DNA from: an uncultured Planctomycetaceae bacterium
GTDB taxonomy: Bacteria; Planctomycetota; Planctomycetia; Pirellulales; PALSA-1355
Reading direction: 5' to 3'
DNA length: 64,000 nucleotides
Assembly: GCA_963785305.1 (NCBI GenBank)
Contig: CAWAUV010000004.1
Coordinates: 320,001-384,000 of the forward strand
Of this stretch, positions 22,491 to 34,057 are shown one piece after another. Within the stretch, counting starts at the first letter, position 1. Each line of letters starts with the position of its first letter. Made by a program: the position numbers and the translations under genes. A model generated the notes under the pieces. It was not told where the DNA came from, did not search any database, and saw nothing but the letters and a program-made list of their open reading frames with translations.

Positions 22491-25400
22491 TCATGGCCCG
22501 GCGGTGGGGGCCTGGATACCCAAGAGGCTTTCTTCTTCCTCCGCGATAATGATGCGCGGAGTCACCATCATCATCAAGCTCTGCGTTTCGCGGCCGATGC
22601 CCACATTCTTGAACAAACGGTTGATATACGGCAGTTTGCTGAGAATGGGCACGCCGAATTCGTTGCGGCCCTCGCTGAGTCGTTTCACGCCGCCGAGCAG
22701 CACGGTGCCGCCGTCGGGCACGCTCACGGTGGTCGTGCACCGTGACAAAGGAGAACGTGGGCAACTGCACCGTGATGCCGCTGCTCGACGCCGACGATTG
22801 GTTCGAGTTGCTGCCCGACTGGTTGCCCGCCACATCTTGGCTGCCGCCGGCGGAAGACGAGTTCGTCGAGCTGTTCGAGCCTTGGAAGGTGAATTCCTGC
22901 ACATTGCCGATCTGGCTGAAGAACGGCACGACCGTGAGCCGCACGAACCGCCGATCGGCCGACACCACCGCCTGCACGGTGAGGAAGGTGCCTTCGCTGA
23001 GCACGACGATCACCGGCTGCTGGGCCGCCGCGAAATCGCCGACCACCGGAATCACGCTGATCACGAACGGAGTTTGCGACGTGTCGGAGACGAAAGCCTG
23101 CTGACCATTGAACAGCGTGACCTTGGGGGCCTGCATTACATTGCTCCGCCGATCGCCCTGCGAGGCATTGACCAGGAAATATGCTTCGATATCGCTCAGG
23201 ATGCGCGAAGCCGAAACTCGCCACGTTCGTCGGCTGGCCGAACTGAGGCGTCGCCAGCGTGAAGCTGTTGTCGGTAAATGGAATGTCGAGGTTCGACGTA
23301 AAGGTCGGCACGCCGCCGGTGAAGCTGGTCAGGCCGACCGTCGCGCCCGGCGAAGTCGGGTGGCCGTTCACATCGATCGAGTTCTTATCCAAGTTCTCGA
23401 TATTGAAGTTGAAGTCGACGCCGATCTGCTCGAAGAAGTTGTCGTTGAGCGTGATAAAGCGAACTTCGATCGTGACTTGCAAATCCTGCAAGCGGCGGAG
23501 CTGGCTAAGCAGGTCGGCGATTTCGGCGTGAATGTCCTGGGTCTGGCTGATGACCAGGCTCAGGTTGGTGCGAAATTCGGCGATGGAACCCGGCCCGCCC
23601 ACTTCGTCCCACGAGGTGGGCTTGATGGTCGAGGTGATGAGCTGGATCAGCGAATCGAAATCGGCTTGGTTGCCGCCGCCCATGCCGCCCGGCGAAAAGC
23701 CGTTGGGCTGATTGATCGGTCCGCCGCCGGCCGTGCCGCTGGCCGCCATTTGGGCGAGCACCGCGGGGTTCACGACTCCCTTGCCGCCGGCGCCGTCGTG
23801 GCTGGCGACGACGCTCGTCAGGTTCGAGGCCCCGAAGCCCGGCACTCCGCCCGCCGACATGCTCTGGCTCATGGCGTCGGCCAGCGAGCCGCTGAGGCCG
23901 AGTCGGCCATTGGGCACGAAGTTCGGAATCGGAATCACGAGGTCGGCGACATTATAGGTCACCGGATAAATTTCGCCGTCCTTGAGCTGCTCGCTCGTGA
24001 TCTTGAGCACTTCGTCCTTGATCACATAGCCCAAGTGCAAGGGCTGCAAGATCAGGTTGAGCGCGCTCTTGAGCGAGATTTCGTGCGTCAGTTCGATATT
24101 GACCGGCGTCGACGGATCGACCGCCTCGGCCGCCAACCCCTCGGGGTCGAGATGCAGATTGACCGCCGCCAGCTTGGCCAGTTCATCGAGCACTTCGCGG
24201 AGCGGCTTGTTCTTGAAGCTCAGCGCCACGGGCGTGGTGAGCTTGCGCTCGATATCCAGATCGCGCTCGCTGCGGCGATTGTTCTTCTCGTTTCGCAGGC
24301 GCCGGCCCGTGTTTCGGTGTATTGTTTCCACTTGCTCGCCTCGGGGAAGCGAATCGGATTGCTCTCGTCGCCAAAGGGAATCGCCGATCGCTCGACTTCG
24401 TCGAGAGCCGTCCAAGCCTGTTTTTCCTTCTCATCGATCAAGTCCTGGTTCTTGTTCTGGCGATACGACAGTTTGACCATCCACATGAGCTGATTGCTGA
24501 TCGGATTGTTCGGCGCGATCTCGGCCACGCGCTTGGCCACGACTTCGGCTTCCGGATAGCGCCGCTCTTCCATTAGCTTGTTGCATTCATTGACCATCGA
24601 GGCGATCCGATCGTCGATCTCGAGCTTCTTTCGCCGCCGCGCCTCGACACTGCTCGCGATCTCCTTGTTCTGCGCGTCGGCGTCGATCTGAGCCCGATGC
24701 TGCTCGATGTATTTGTCGATCTCGGTCCGGCTGATGTCGACGCGCTTCAGGAGTTGCGTGCGCGCCTCGGGTTCGATCGTCGAGGCTTCGACCGATTGAC
24801 GTGCCATCTCGATCATTTCGAGCGCCTTTTGTGGATCGGTCTCCATCGTCTTGCGGGCCTGTACTTGCTGCTTCGCGACTTCGGCCGAAAGTTGCTTGAA
24901 GAGCAGGGTATGCCGCGAGGCGGCGTCGTCCATCAGATTCTTCGGCTGCGCCGCGCCGCGCAAAACGTTGGCTTGCGGGGCGGTCAGGATTTGCAAGTGA
25001 TCTTGTAGTCGCTGCGCGGTCGAGGGATCGAGCTGCTCGCGCAGGGCGTAGGCTTGGCGGAATTTCTCGCGGGCCTTCGGGGTGTCGCGGTCGCGGAGGG
25101 CCTGTTCGCCTTCCACGAAGAGCTGCATCGCCGTGGTTTGCTCTCCGGGCGAGGTCGGCGAGCCCATGGCGCCGGCGGAGGGGGCCATCGGCGGGCCCGT
25201 GGCCGGGAGCCGTTCGGGCGTGCCGGGTTCGAGCGCCATGCTCCGCGCGGCAGCCTGGGCGTTTTGGGTGCGGTCGCCCGCCGGATCGTAAATGGCTTGC
25301 GTCGTCGGATACGGCGCCTGCGCCGCGGGCGCTCCGCCTTGCGGCAGCGGGCCTCCGGCTCGGGCCACCGGCGCTCCGCGTCCGCGGGCCACTTGCACTT

Positions 25401-26870
25401 CGAGCAGCACCTTCCAAGCCCGATCGTCTTGCGGACCGAAGGATTTTTCCGGCAGCCGAGCCGCTTCCGCCTTGCGAGCCAATTGCTCGGCCGTGTCGAC
25501 GTCGCCGGCGGCCAGGGCCGCGCGGGCCTGGGCCAAGGTGAAGAGGACTTGTTCTTTCGACATCGCGGTCGAGCGCGCGACGGCGCCGGTCGCTTGATGG
25601 ACCGTGTTCGCGGCCCCGGCGGCGGCCCCTTCGGCACGGCGTATTCCGGCGTCGGCCATCGCGGCCACCGCGCCGGCTTGAACCACGGCGCCGTCTTCGA
25701 CCGCGTTGAGTGCTTTCCGCTCGGCGTTGATCTTGCTGATGAGCCCCTCGGGCTTGGCGTCGAAGGGTCCGTAGTTCGCCTTGAGACGGCTAGCGTCCAT
25801 GGCCAATCGTTCGGCTTCTTCATATTCCTTATAGCGCATCAACTGCTCGGCCTGCTCCATGAGCAAGTCGGCGTATTGCCGGCGCCAACCATCGCCTTGG
25901 GGCTGGCCGGCGCGAAGTTCGGCGATCTCCCGGCTCTGCGCAAGAGGGCGTCGACCTTGGCCGGAGTGTCGTCATGAAGCGCGTAGACGACATTGAGCGC
26001 CGCGGCTTCCTCGACCAGCGCGGCCGCGCGGCGAAGATCGTTTTGCGCAATCGCCCGCCGAGCCGACAGCACCAGCGCATCGCTCCGGCGGCGCGCATCG
26101 GGATCGGTATTGGCCACGGGCTTGAGCATGGCGGGCGCTTCACGAATGTCGGCTTCGACCGCGCCTTCGGGCGGAGGTCCCGCATCGAGGCGGCGACCAA
26201 AAGGACTGAGCGCGCCGGTGGCTTCCGAACGCGCCATGCCGGGCATGGCGGCGCCATCGTCGCTCGGTGGTCGCGAGATTTTGGTATTGGCGCGGCCGAG
26301 CGTGGGATCGCCCGAATCAGCCGCTTTGTCTAGGAGCGCGCCGGCGTGGCGGGCATCGTCCGATGGCGGCGCGCTGGGTTTGAACTGGTTGGCCGGCGAC
26401 TTGGCTTCGGCCCGGGCCACGCGGCGGCGCTGATCGAGATCATGGCGAGCTTTTTTCGGTGTGTCGCCCAGGTGGAACACGCCAAAGTCGACTCGCATCG
26501 CCTCGGCGCGGCCGACGAGCGAATCCGCCAATTCGAGATTGCCGTCTTTCATGGCCTGGCGGGCGCGACCGAGCAGTTTTTCGACCTCTTGGCGATCGGC
26601 GACCGTCGGGCGCGAACGGCCGAGGGCGGCGGCCGGCACGCTCGTCGTGGCGGGCGCCGCGGCGGTCGAGCCCGACGGACCGCCGGTGGTCGAGAAGCCG
26701 GAGCTGGCCGGACCAGCGCCGGCTTGTCCCACGGCGTCGGTCGCCAGCATCCAAGGCACGGCCGGCCCGGCGGCCGAGGCGATTGCCGCCGACGCCAGCA
26801 CGGCGCCCAGCGGAAGGGCCAAAAGCAGTTTCGAGGCGTTCAACTCGATTCTCCTTATCAAGACTCGCAT
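22491..26870 (-). CDS. Very large secretin (GspD/PilQ-type outer-membrane pore) with long helical N-terminal region; at least 4 frameshifts
   Basis: Signal peptide, STN-like 'ISLKSALNLIL', N3 'LVISQTQDIHAEIADLLSQLR', secretin core 'LQVTIEVRFI', 'QAPKVTLFNGQ', 'TTVSVPDGGTVLLGG', 'GVPILSKLPYINRLF', 'MMMVTPRII'. Confidence 0.9.
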
Positions 26871-27528
26871 CGCGCAGTCCTCGCTCCAAACCTGAAGTGT
26901 CGCATTGTCCCTGCCCCGAGGTCCGCCGCCGAGCGCAAGCCCAACGTTCGCCGGCGCTCTGGGGTCGGATCGTTGTCGGCGGCGCGCAGCGTCGTGCAAC
27001 GCGCCGTCGCGCACGACCATCGTGGTCGCGTAATGGATTCGTTATGAATTAATTTGTTTGGCAGTTGCTTGCATGCGGGGCGAATGCCCCCGGTCGTCGA
27101 ATGGATGCGTTGCTTGGTTCCGGCGTCGGGAGCCGTATTGCTCGGCTCGGGCCCGAAAGACTCGCGTCGCTGGGATCGCTCGTGAAAAGAACGGTCGTAT
27201 TTCGAAAAGAGGTCCGATGAGAGCGGGATAAATACCGAGCCGCCCCCAAGCGGTCAAGGGCAGTTCGACACGAAATTCGGAAACGCGAACAACGGGCTAC
27301 GATCAACTTCTCCGCGCATCCCCCCCTCTCTCCCTGGGAGAGAGCAGGGAGAAGGCCGGTCGTGGGCGGGGCCAACGTTCGTCGAATCCGCTGGCCGAGC
27401 AATGAAAATGCACACGGCGGGAGCCGAGCTCCGCCGCGGCGCCCCATCGGCTCCGCGCGGCCGCTTCTGTAGATTATTTCTGCATCTGACGCCAGACCGT
27501 TCGACCTTTGTTTTGCGAGGTTCCCGCC

Positions 27529-28926
27529 ATGCCGATTACCGCCGCCGAAATGCTCTCCTGGACCCAAGCCATTTTGGGAGTCGATCCGAAGCAGCCCAAA
27601 CGCACGCTGCAAGAATATCTGGCGGCGATCCCGCGGCTCGACTCGCTCGCCTCGTTGCCCAGCGGAACCACGGTGCTGGTGCGCGGCGATATCGACGCCA
27701 AGCCAGGTCCCAAGGTGGGCGAGGGCGATATTCGCCTCCAGTCGATGGCCGAAACGCTCAACTACGGTCGCCAGCGCGGCTGGAAGCAGGTGATCTTCGG
27801 CCACATCGGCCGCAAGCCCGAGGAATCGCACAAGAAAGTCGCCGCTCGGCTGGCGGAAATTCTCGGCTGCGATGTGCCGCTCGTGACCGATTGGCTCGAC
27901 CCGGCCACGACCACGATTCTGCACCATATTCGCGAGGCGATCGACCAAAGCAAGCCGGGCAGCGTGCTCTTGCTTGATAACTTCCGCCGCTACGATATCG
28001 AGCGGCACTTGTGGAAGGCCAAGCCCGCCGACTTGCCCGGCCTTGCCGATTCGCTCGCTCGGCTGGCCAACGAGTTCTCCGCCAAAGTCGCCGAGGTGTA
28101 TGTGAACGAGGCCCTTTCGGCCGGCAGCCTCGATGCCTCGAGCACCGTGGTTCCCATCGGCATGAAAAAGGTGGCGCTCGGGGCCTATGTGGGCAAGGAG
28201 TTCGACGGGCCGATGCTTCGCTGCCTGGCGGCCGATCTGGTCGTATTTAGCGGAGTGAAAATCGACAAGCTCGATGATCTCGAGGCCGTGATCGGCCGCG
28301 GATCGGTCAAAGTGGTGTTTGTCGCCGGATCGCTGGCCATGGCGCTCAAGAAGGCGGCGGCCCAGCTTGCCGGAAAAGACTTCTGTCTGGGTGTGGCCGA
28401 AAAAACCGATCATGCCGACAAGGTGTACTACATTCCGCCCGAACGGGTCGAACAGGCCCAGCGGATGCTCGCCGAGGGCAAATCCAAGGGCATCGAATTC
28501 GTGTTGCCGGTGGATTTCGTGTTGCAAGACGCGCGCTCGAGCGACACGATCGGCCCCGACGATCAGCAATTCGACGTCGGCCCGCGCACCAGCGAATATT
28601 TCGCGGAAAAGATCGGCGAGTTCATTGCCAAGTCGGCTGACCGCAAAGCGATCGCCTTTCACAACGGCGTGTTTGGCATGTTCGAAGACCCGCGATTCGA
28701 AGACGGCACTCGCAAATTCGTGGCCCAATTGGCCCGGATGCACGCGGCCGGCCTTGAGGTGTATGTGGGCGGCGGCGAGGGCGGGGCGGCGCTCGAGCGC
28801 TATGGCAAGCCGAGCGATATCACGCACTGCTTTACCGCGGGCGGCACGGTGCTCAACGCCCTGGGCAGCGAACCGGTGCCGTATCTCGTGGCCCTGGCAA
28901 TGGCCGCCGAGCGGAACCGCAAGTAG
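27529..28926 (+). CDS. pgk: Phosphoglycerate kinase family protein (divergent)
   Basis: PGK motif order retained: 'VLVRGD', 'HIGRKP', 'LLDNFR', 'VYVNEA', 'LPVDF', 'DVGPRT', 'NGVFGMFE', 'GGGEG', 'TAGG'. Confidence 0.8.
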   Translation: MPITAAEMLSWTQAILGVDPKQPKRTLQEYLAAIPRLDSLASLPSGTTVLVRGDIDAKPGPKVGEGDIRLQSMAETLNYGRQRGWKQVIFGHIGRKPEESHKKVAARLAEILGCDVPLVTDWLDPATTTILHHIREAIDQSKPGSVLLLDNFRRYDIERHLWKAKPADLPGLADSLARLANEFSAKVAEVYVNEALSAGSLDASSTVVPIGMKKVALGAYVGKEFDGPMLRCLAADLVVFSGVKIDKLDDLEAVIGRGSVKVVFVAGSLAMALKKAAAQLAGKDFCLGVAEKTDHADKVYYIPPERVEQAQRMLAEGKSKGIEFVLPVDFVLQDARSSDTIGPDDQQFDVGPRTSEYFAEKIGEFIAKSADRKAIAFHNGVFGMFEDPRFEDGTRKFVAQLARMHAAGLEVYVGGGEGGAALERYGKPSDITHCFTAGGTVLNALGSEPVPYLVALAMAAERNRK

Positions 28927-29516
28927 CGGCGGCAAGCTCCGCTCGGCGCTTGGCGAGGTTGAAAAGCCTCTGGCGCCGCGCTCGGAAATCCGCGAAACCC
29001 GACACGACCGGCGATGTCGATTGTCCGCCCGCGCGCTTGGCTGGCCGCGCACGTGCGCGGGCCGATCGTCAGGCGATTTTTTTTCTTTAGAAGGGCGATC
29101 GCCCTTGGCCTCGGGCGTTGTTCGCGCATTGGCCGGCGCTGCCGGCGTAATCGTCGCGACGCGCGCATTTGCGCGGTCCGCGTCGTTGATCGGGCATTTC
29201 CGCGGCGAGCTGAACCTGGCGCCGCGTCGTTCGGCGGCAACGCATTCTTTGGCAAACGCAAGGGATCAGGGCGTCATAAACGGTCAGGTCGGCATTTTGG
29301 TTGCGGAGGACTAGCTCGGATCGGCTCTTTGCGAAATCTCGCTAAATCGCAACGCCTGGGTCGACGATACCCCACGGTAGATCGATCGAGAGTTGCAACC
29401 AAGCTGCATTGCTAGCTTCCGCGCGTGGCGCCCGAAAGAGCGTGGGCGCGAGGGAGCGAGAAGTCCGAGTCGTCCCCTAGTAGTATTTTTGACCTTCCCG
29501 CTTAGGAGTGAGATCC

Positions 29517-30012
29517 ATGAAACTGCGATTTGCCCTGTCGGCCCTGTTGTTGGTGGCTGGCCTGTTTGTCGCGAGCGCCCAAAGCGCGAGCGCTGGCCTC
29601 TTCCATGGTTGTGGTTGCGAACCTTCGTGTTGCGCTCCGGAACCGAGCTGCTGTGCGGCCCCGGCTTGCGAGCCGAGCTGCTGCGCTCCGGCTCCTTGCT
29701 GCGCTCCGAAGTGCCGTCGTCACCACTGCTGCCACCTGATGTCGATGCTGCACCACTGCTGCAAGCCGAGCTGCTGCACCCCGGAACCGAGCTGCTGCGC
29801 CGCTCCGGCGCCGGCCTGCGAACCGAGCTGCTGCGCCTCCGGCTCCTTGCTGCGCTCCGAAGTGCCATCGTCACCACTGCTGCCTGCACCACCTGTTCCA
29901 CCACTGCTGCAAGCCGAGCTGCTGCGCTCCGGCTTGTGAGCCGAGCTGCGGTTGCGCGGCTGCTCCCAGCTGTGGCGCCCCGGCTGCTCCCAGCTGCGGC
30001 TGCGGCGGCTGA
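29517..30012 (+). CDS. Secreted Cys/His/Pro-rich tandem-repeat protein (~164 aa; 1-nt insertion near 29836)
   Basis: AGGAG RBS and Sec signal (ASA|G). Repeats EPSCC/APCC/HHCC. Comparing the two internal repeat units shows an extra C (GCCT vs GCT); removing it gives ...SCGCGG* at 30010-30012. Confidence 0.85.
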
Positions 30013-30079
30013 GCAACAGGTAGGGCTCGATAGCGTCGAGCGACGTTGCTCCACGTTTGCTTGACTTACAATCTGATCG

Positions 30080-30126
30080 AAGCGGCCCGTCGGCGATAAA
30101 AAGCCGCCGGGCCGCTTCCGTTTTAT
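30080..30126 (+). terminator. Intrinsic terminator
   Basis: AAGCGGCCCG...CGGGCCGCTT hairpin followed by CCGTTTTAT. Confidence 0.6.
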
Positions 30127-30218
30127 ACGGCGCGCGAACACGGCCGGAACAGTCGCCGGAGCTGTAACTTCGCGCCTAGTGCTTTGTCACGGCTGCAATG
30201 ATGGATTGGATTCGTTCC

Positions 30219-30604
30219 GTGTGCCATGCCCACGGCCTTGCGTGGGCATGAGGACTTCGCGTGGCGCTTGAAAACATGTTCACTCAAGGCAGTGGGCATG
30301 GCACACGCGCAAACCGAATTATCCATCATTTCAGCCGTGAACGAGCAGTAGTGCGTTGTCAACGCGTCATTCAGGGATTGAGCGCCATGCCCACGCTTGC
30401 GTGGGCATGTCCTATTACGGTGATCATCCAAGCATGCCCTCGCAAGCGCGTGCATGGCGCCCAAACGAAGAATTGGCTCTTCCGTTTTCGAGCGCGAGCG
30501 GCGCCCCCGACGTATTGCACTGGGTGGATCACGGAAGCCCTCGCCGACGCTTCGGGTTATGACGGAAACGCCATCGGATCCCAAGCCGAAGCGTCGGCGA
30601 GGGC
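30219..30604. repeat. Cluster of three inverted REP doublets (REPIN-like) of two sequence types
   Basis: 30219-30306 and 30378-30464: GCCATGCCCACG..TTGCGTGGGCATG unit plus an inverted copy. 30537-30604: GCCCTCGCCGACGCTTCGG...CCGAAGCGTCGGCGAGGGC. Confidence 0.8.
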
Positions 30605-30945
30605 ATGCTGCCCAAAACGAAATTTGACGACGCACTAGAGAGAAACGTGCGGCGCCAGGCTTAGAGCGGGGAAGTTCACAATCGAAATTCAAGAGTCCCT
30701 AAAGCCCATCCGCGCTCGAGCCGCATTTCAACAAGTGCCCGCCACGCTGAATTCAGTTGAGACGCGAACCCACTCATGGCCGTGAAACGCTCGGGCGAGC
30801 TATTCGCGAAGTTTGCCCAACGGCAGTAACCGCGCCGGACGACGAGCGACCGACACGGGCGCGAAATCCCGAGGACGACACGCGAGGTCGTTCATCGCGA
30901 AAATTTCAAAGCGGTTTACCTATTCCGACCCGCTCGCGCTTTGGC

Positions 30946-33656
30946 TCAGTCGACGATCTGCGCGGCGAACACGGGCGTGGCGCTTACCGGAACCGCGGGG
31001 CCGACCGTGGGCACGTTGATCGCCTTGTTGAGATCGATTTCACGATCCGAATCGCTGGCGGCGATGTAGCGCTTCACGAATTCAACCGTTTCCTCGACGA
31101 CATCCGCCTGGATCAGCACCAAGTCGCGCGGCTGGGCCGAAAGGAGCGCCGCCTCGACCGCTTTGAGTCCGCCCTGGATTTCCACGATGTCGCACACCCG
31201 GCTGCCCTGGTCGAGACCTTGGCGGAATAGGCCCATGATCTCGCCCGGCGCCCGGCCGCGGAGGTAATGGTCTTCGTACAAGATCACCTTGTCGAAGCCA
31301 TCGCCCAGGATTTCGCCCTGGCGCACCATGTCGATATCGCGACGATCGCCGGCGGCCGAGTAGACGCAAATGCGTCGCTCGTGGGGAAACTGATCGAGCG
31401 CTTCGATCAGCGCCAAGAGCGCCGAGGGATTGTGACCATAGTCGACCACGACCGTCGCCCCGCCGATTTCGAGCAGGTTGAATCGGCCGGGCGATTTTTC
31501 CAGGTCGGCGGTAAACGATTCGAGCCCGGCGCGGATCGACTCGCGCGACACGCCCAGCCCCCAGGCGGCGGCGGCGGCGGCCAACGTGTTTTCCACCTGA
31601 AAGCCAATACGGCCCCCATGCGTGAGCGGCGCATTGGCCAAGGCCACGATCGGGGTCTCCATCGCGCCCTCAGCCGCCACGATCATTCCCTGGCGCACAA
31701 ACATCGCCCGGCCGCCCTTGGCTCGGTGGGCTTCAATCACAGGATCGTCGGCCCGTTGGGCAAAGAAAATCACCGAGCCTTTGCAATACGAAGCCATGCC
31801 GGCCGTGTAAGGATCATCGGCCTTGAGCACCGCATAGCCATGCGGCAGCACCACATCGACCGGGCAGCGTTTCACCTTGGCCAGCGTTTCGAGGTCTTCG
31901 ACATCGTGCAGCCCCAGGTGATCGCCCTCGCCGATATTGGTGACCACGGCCACATCGCAGAAGTCGAATCCGAGCCCGGCCCGCAAAATGCCGCCCCGCG
32001 CGGTTTCGAGCACCGCGGCGTCGACCTGCGGGTTGAAGAGCACGGCTTGAGCACTCACCGGACCGCTGCAGTCACCGGTGTCGATACGGCGGCCATCGAT
32101 GAAAATGCCGTCGGTGCAGGTCATGCCCACGCGTTTGCCCAGCGACTTGAGGATATGGGTGACGAGGCGCGTGGTGGTGGTCTTGCCGTTGACTCCCGTG
32201 ACGCTCACGATTGGAATCCGGCCGTTATCATGCGGAGCGAACAAATGCCCGATGATCGCATCGCCCACCGGACGCGGCGAACCGGCCGAGGGCTCGATAT
32301 GCATCCGCAGGCCCGGGCTCGCGTTGACCTCAACCACCACCGCGGCCTGCTGTTCGAGCGGGCGGCTGATATCGAGCGCGATCACATCGACACCCGCCAC
32401 GTCGAGCCCCACGACGCGGGCCGCTTCCACCGCGCACCGGGCCACGTCGGGATGCACCCGATCGGTCACGTCGGTGGCCGTGCCGCCAGTGCTGAGGTTG
32501 GCATTGCGGCGGATGAGCACCATTTGGCCCGCGGCCGGAACACTCTCGGGGGTGAAGCTTTGCTCGGCCAAGGTGGCCAGGGCGATCGCTTCGAGCTTGA
32601 TCTTACTGAGCACCGTGGCATGATCGTCGCTACGGCGAGGATCGCGGTTCACGGAGGCGACCAACTGTCGAATCGTCGACGTGCCATCGCCCATGACTTG
32701 GGCTGGCTCGCGGCGCGCGGCGGCGACGACTTCATCGCCCACGACGAGAATCCGGTAGTCATCGCCCGGCGCGAAACGCTCGACGAGAATCGAATTTCCC
32801 TCTTGCAGGGCGGCATCGAAGGCGGCCATTACTTGGGCTCGAGTCGGTGAGGTTGGTCGTCACGCCGCGGCCTTGGCTGCCATACTGTGGCTTCACGACC
32901 ACCGGGTGTCCGATCTCGACCGCGGCGGCCCAGGCGTCGTCGGCGTCGTTCACGGGGCGTCCCTCGGGCACCGGCACACCGACGGTTCGCAGCAAGTTGC
33001 GAGTCGAGGTTTTTATCTTGGGCGATGGTTTCGGCGATCGCGCCGGTGCGGTCGGTTTCGGCGGCGAGAATACGGCGCTGCTTGGCGCCATGGCCAAATT
33101 GCACAAGGCTCCCCTCGCTGAGCCGGCGGACTGGAATTCCGCGGCGCACGGCGGCTTCGACGATCGAACGCGTGCTCGGGCCGAGGCACACATCGTAGGC
33201 CACGAGCTTCAGTTTTTCGACTTCGGCGGCCACATCAAACGGCCGATCGTGAATCGCGGCTTGAATCAACTCATGGGCGGTTTGCATCGCGGCGCGGGCC
33301 AGCGCTTCCTCGCGATATTCCACCACCACTTTATATACGCCCTCCTCATGCGTCTCGCGGGCGCGGCCGTAGCCAACCGGCGTGCCGGCCAGGGTTTGCA
33401 GCTCGAGCGTCACGTGTTCGAGGATATGGCCCGGCCAAGTGCCGCGGCGCAACCGCTCGAAGAAGCCGCCCCGCTCGCCGACACTGCAGCGATGCTCGAT
33501 CATCGTCGGCAGCCAAGCCATCAAGCGTTCGTTAAAGCCGGGCAGCGAATCCGAAGGCGAATCCTTGAGCTCTTCAAGGTCGACCCAGGCTTCGAGAACG
33601 GGGAAGTTCGCCCAAATGTTCGGGCCCCGCAGGGCCAGGATTTTGCGGAATTTCAT
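30946..33656 (-). CDS. cphA: Cyanophycin synthetase CphA (frameshifts near 33010 and 32845)
   Basis: 'LRGPNIW', 'EHRCSVGERGGF', 'EHVTLELQ', 'LGPSTRSIV', ATP-grasp 'VVVKP', 'NANLSTGG', 'EVNASPGLRMH', Mur-ligase 'VTGVNGKTTT', 'ETARGG', 'DYGHN', 'GDRRD'. Confidence 0.95.
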
Positions 33657-34040
33657 AGTTGCTCCGAGGCGCACGCGCTTTCACGTTGAGCATCCGCGGA
33701 CGAACGGATTCCGATTTGCTCCACGACACCGACCACGGCCGACTGGGGAGCGGCGATTCGTTGGCGGCCATGGTCGGGGAGCACAAGGGGTTTCGGAATT
33801 CTGGTCGAGCGCGGAGGCGCAAGCAAGTTGGGAAGGTGGTTGGGGTTCTTCTCGATGACAGGTTCAGACAGGGCGCAAGATACTCAGACAGGGCACAGGC
33901 AGCCGAACCGCCGGTCCGGCGGTCGCGGAAACTCCGACTCAAGTTGGTTGCCGCTGACCGGGGGCCGCGCCACAACATTGATGACACTTTTTCTGGCTTC
34001 GCGACACTTTTCGCCTGATCCGCGATCCGCTCCCTAGGGA

Positions 34041-34057
34041 ATGCACTGTTCGTGCCG
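34041..34057 (-). promoter_or_regulatory. Putative sigma54 (-24/-12) promoter facing cphA
   Basis: Minus strand CGGCACGAACAGTGCAT: GG-N10-GC, close to the TGGCACG-N4-TTGCA consensus. Confidence 0.45.

Noticed and set aside
27049..29052. Long antisense ORFs (667 aa here; also 31267-32850, 17745-19403, 9579-10922, 23108-24493)
   Set aside because: Shadow ORFs opposite well-supported genes, caused by stop-codon scarcity in high-GC DNA.
29630..30010. Repeated CCGAGCTGCTGC units as a possible CRISPR array
   Set aside because: Short, codon-phased repeats encoding PSCC inside a CDS; no unique spacers of constant length and no cas genes.
30219..30604. Palindromic repeats as a CRISPR array
   Set aside because: Units are inverted pairs of two types with irregular spacing; they fit REP doublets.
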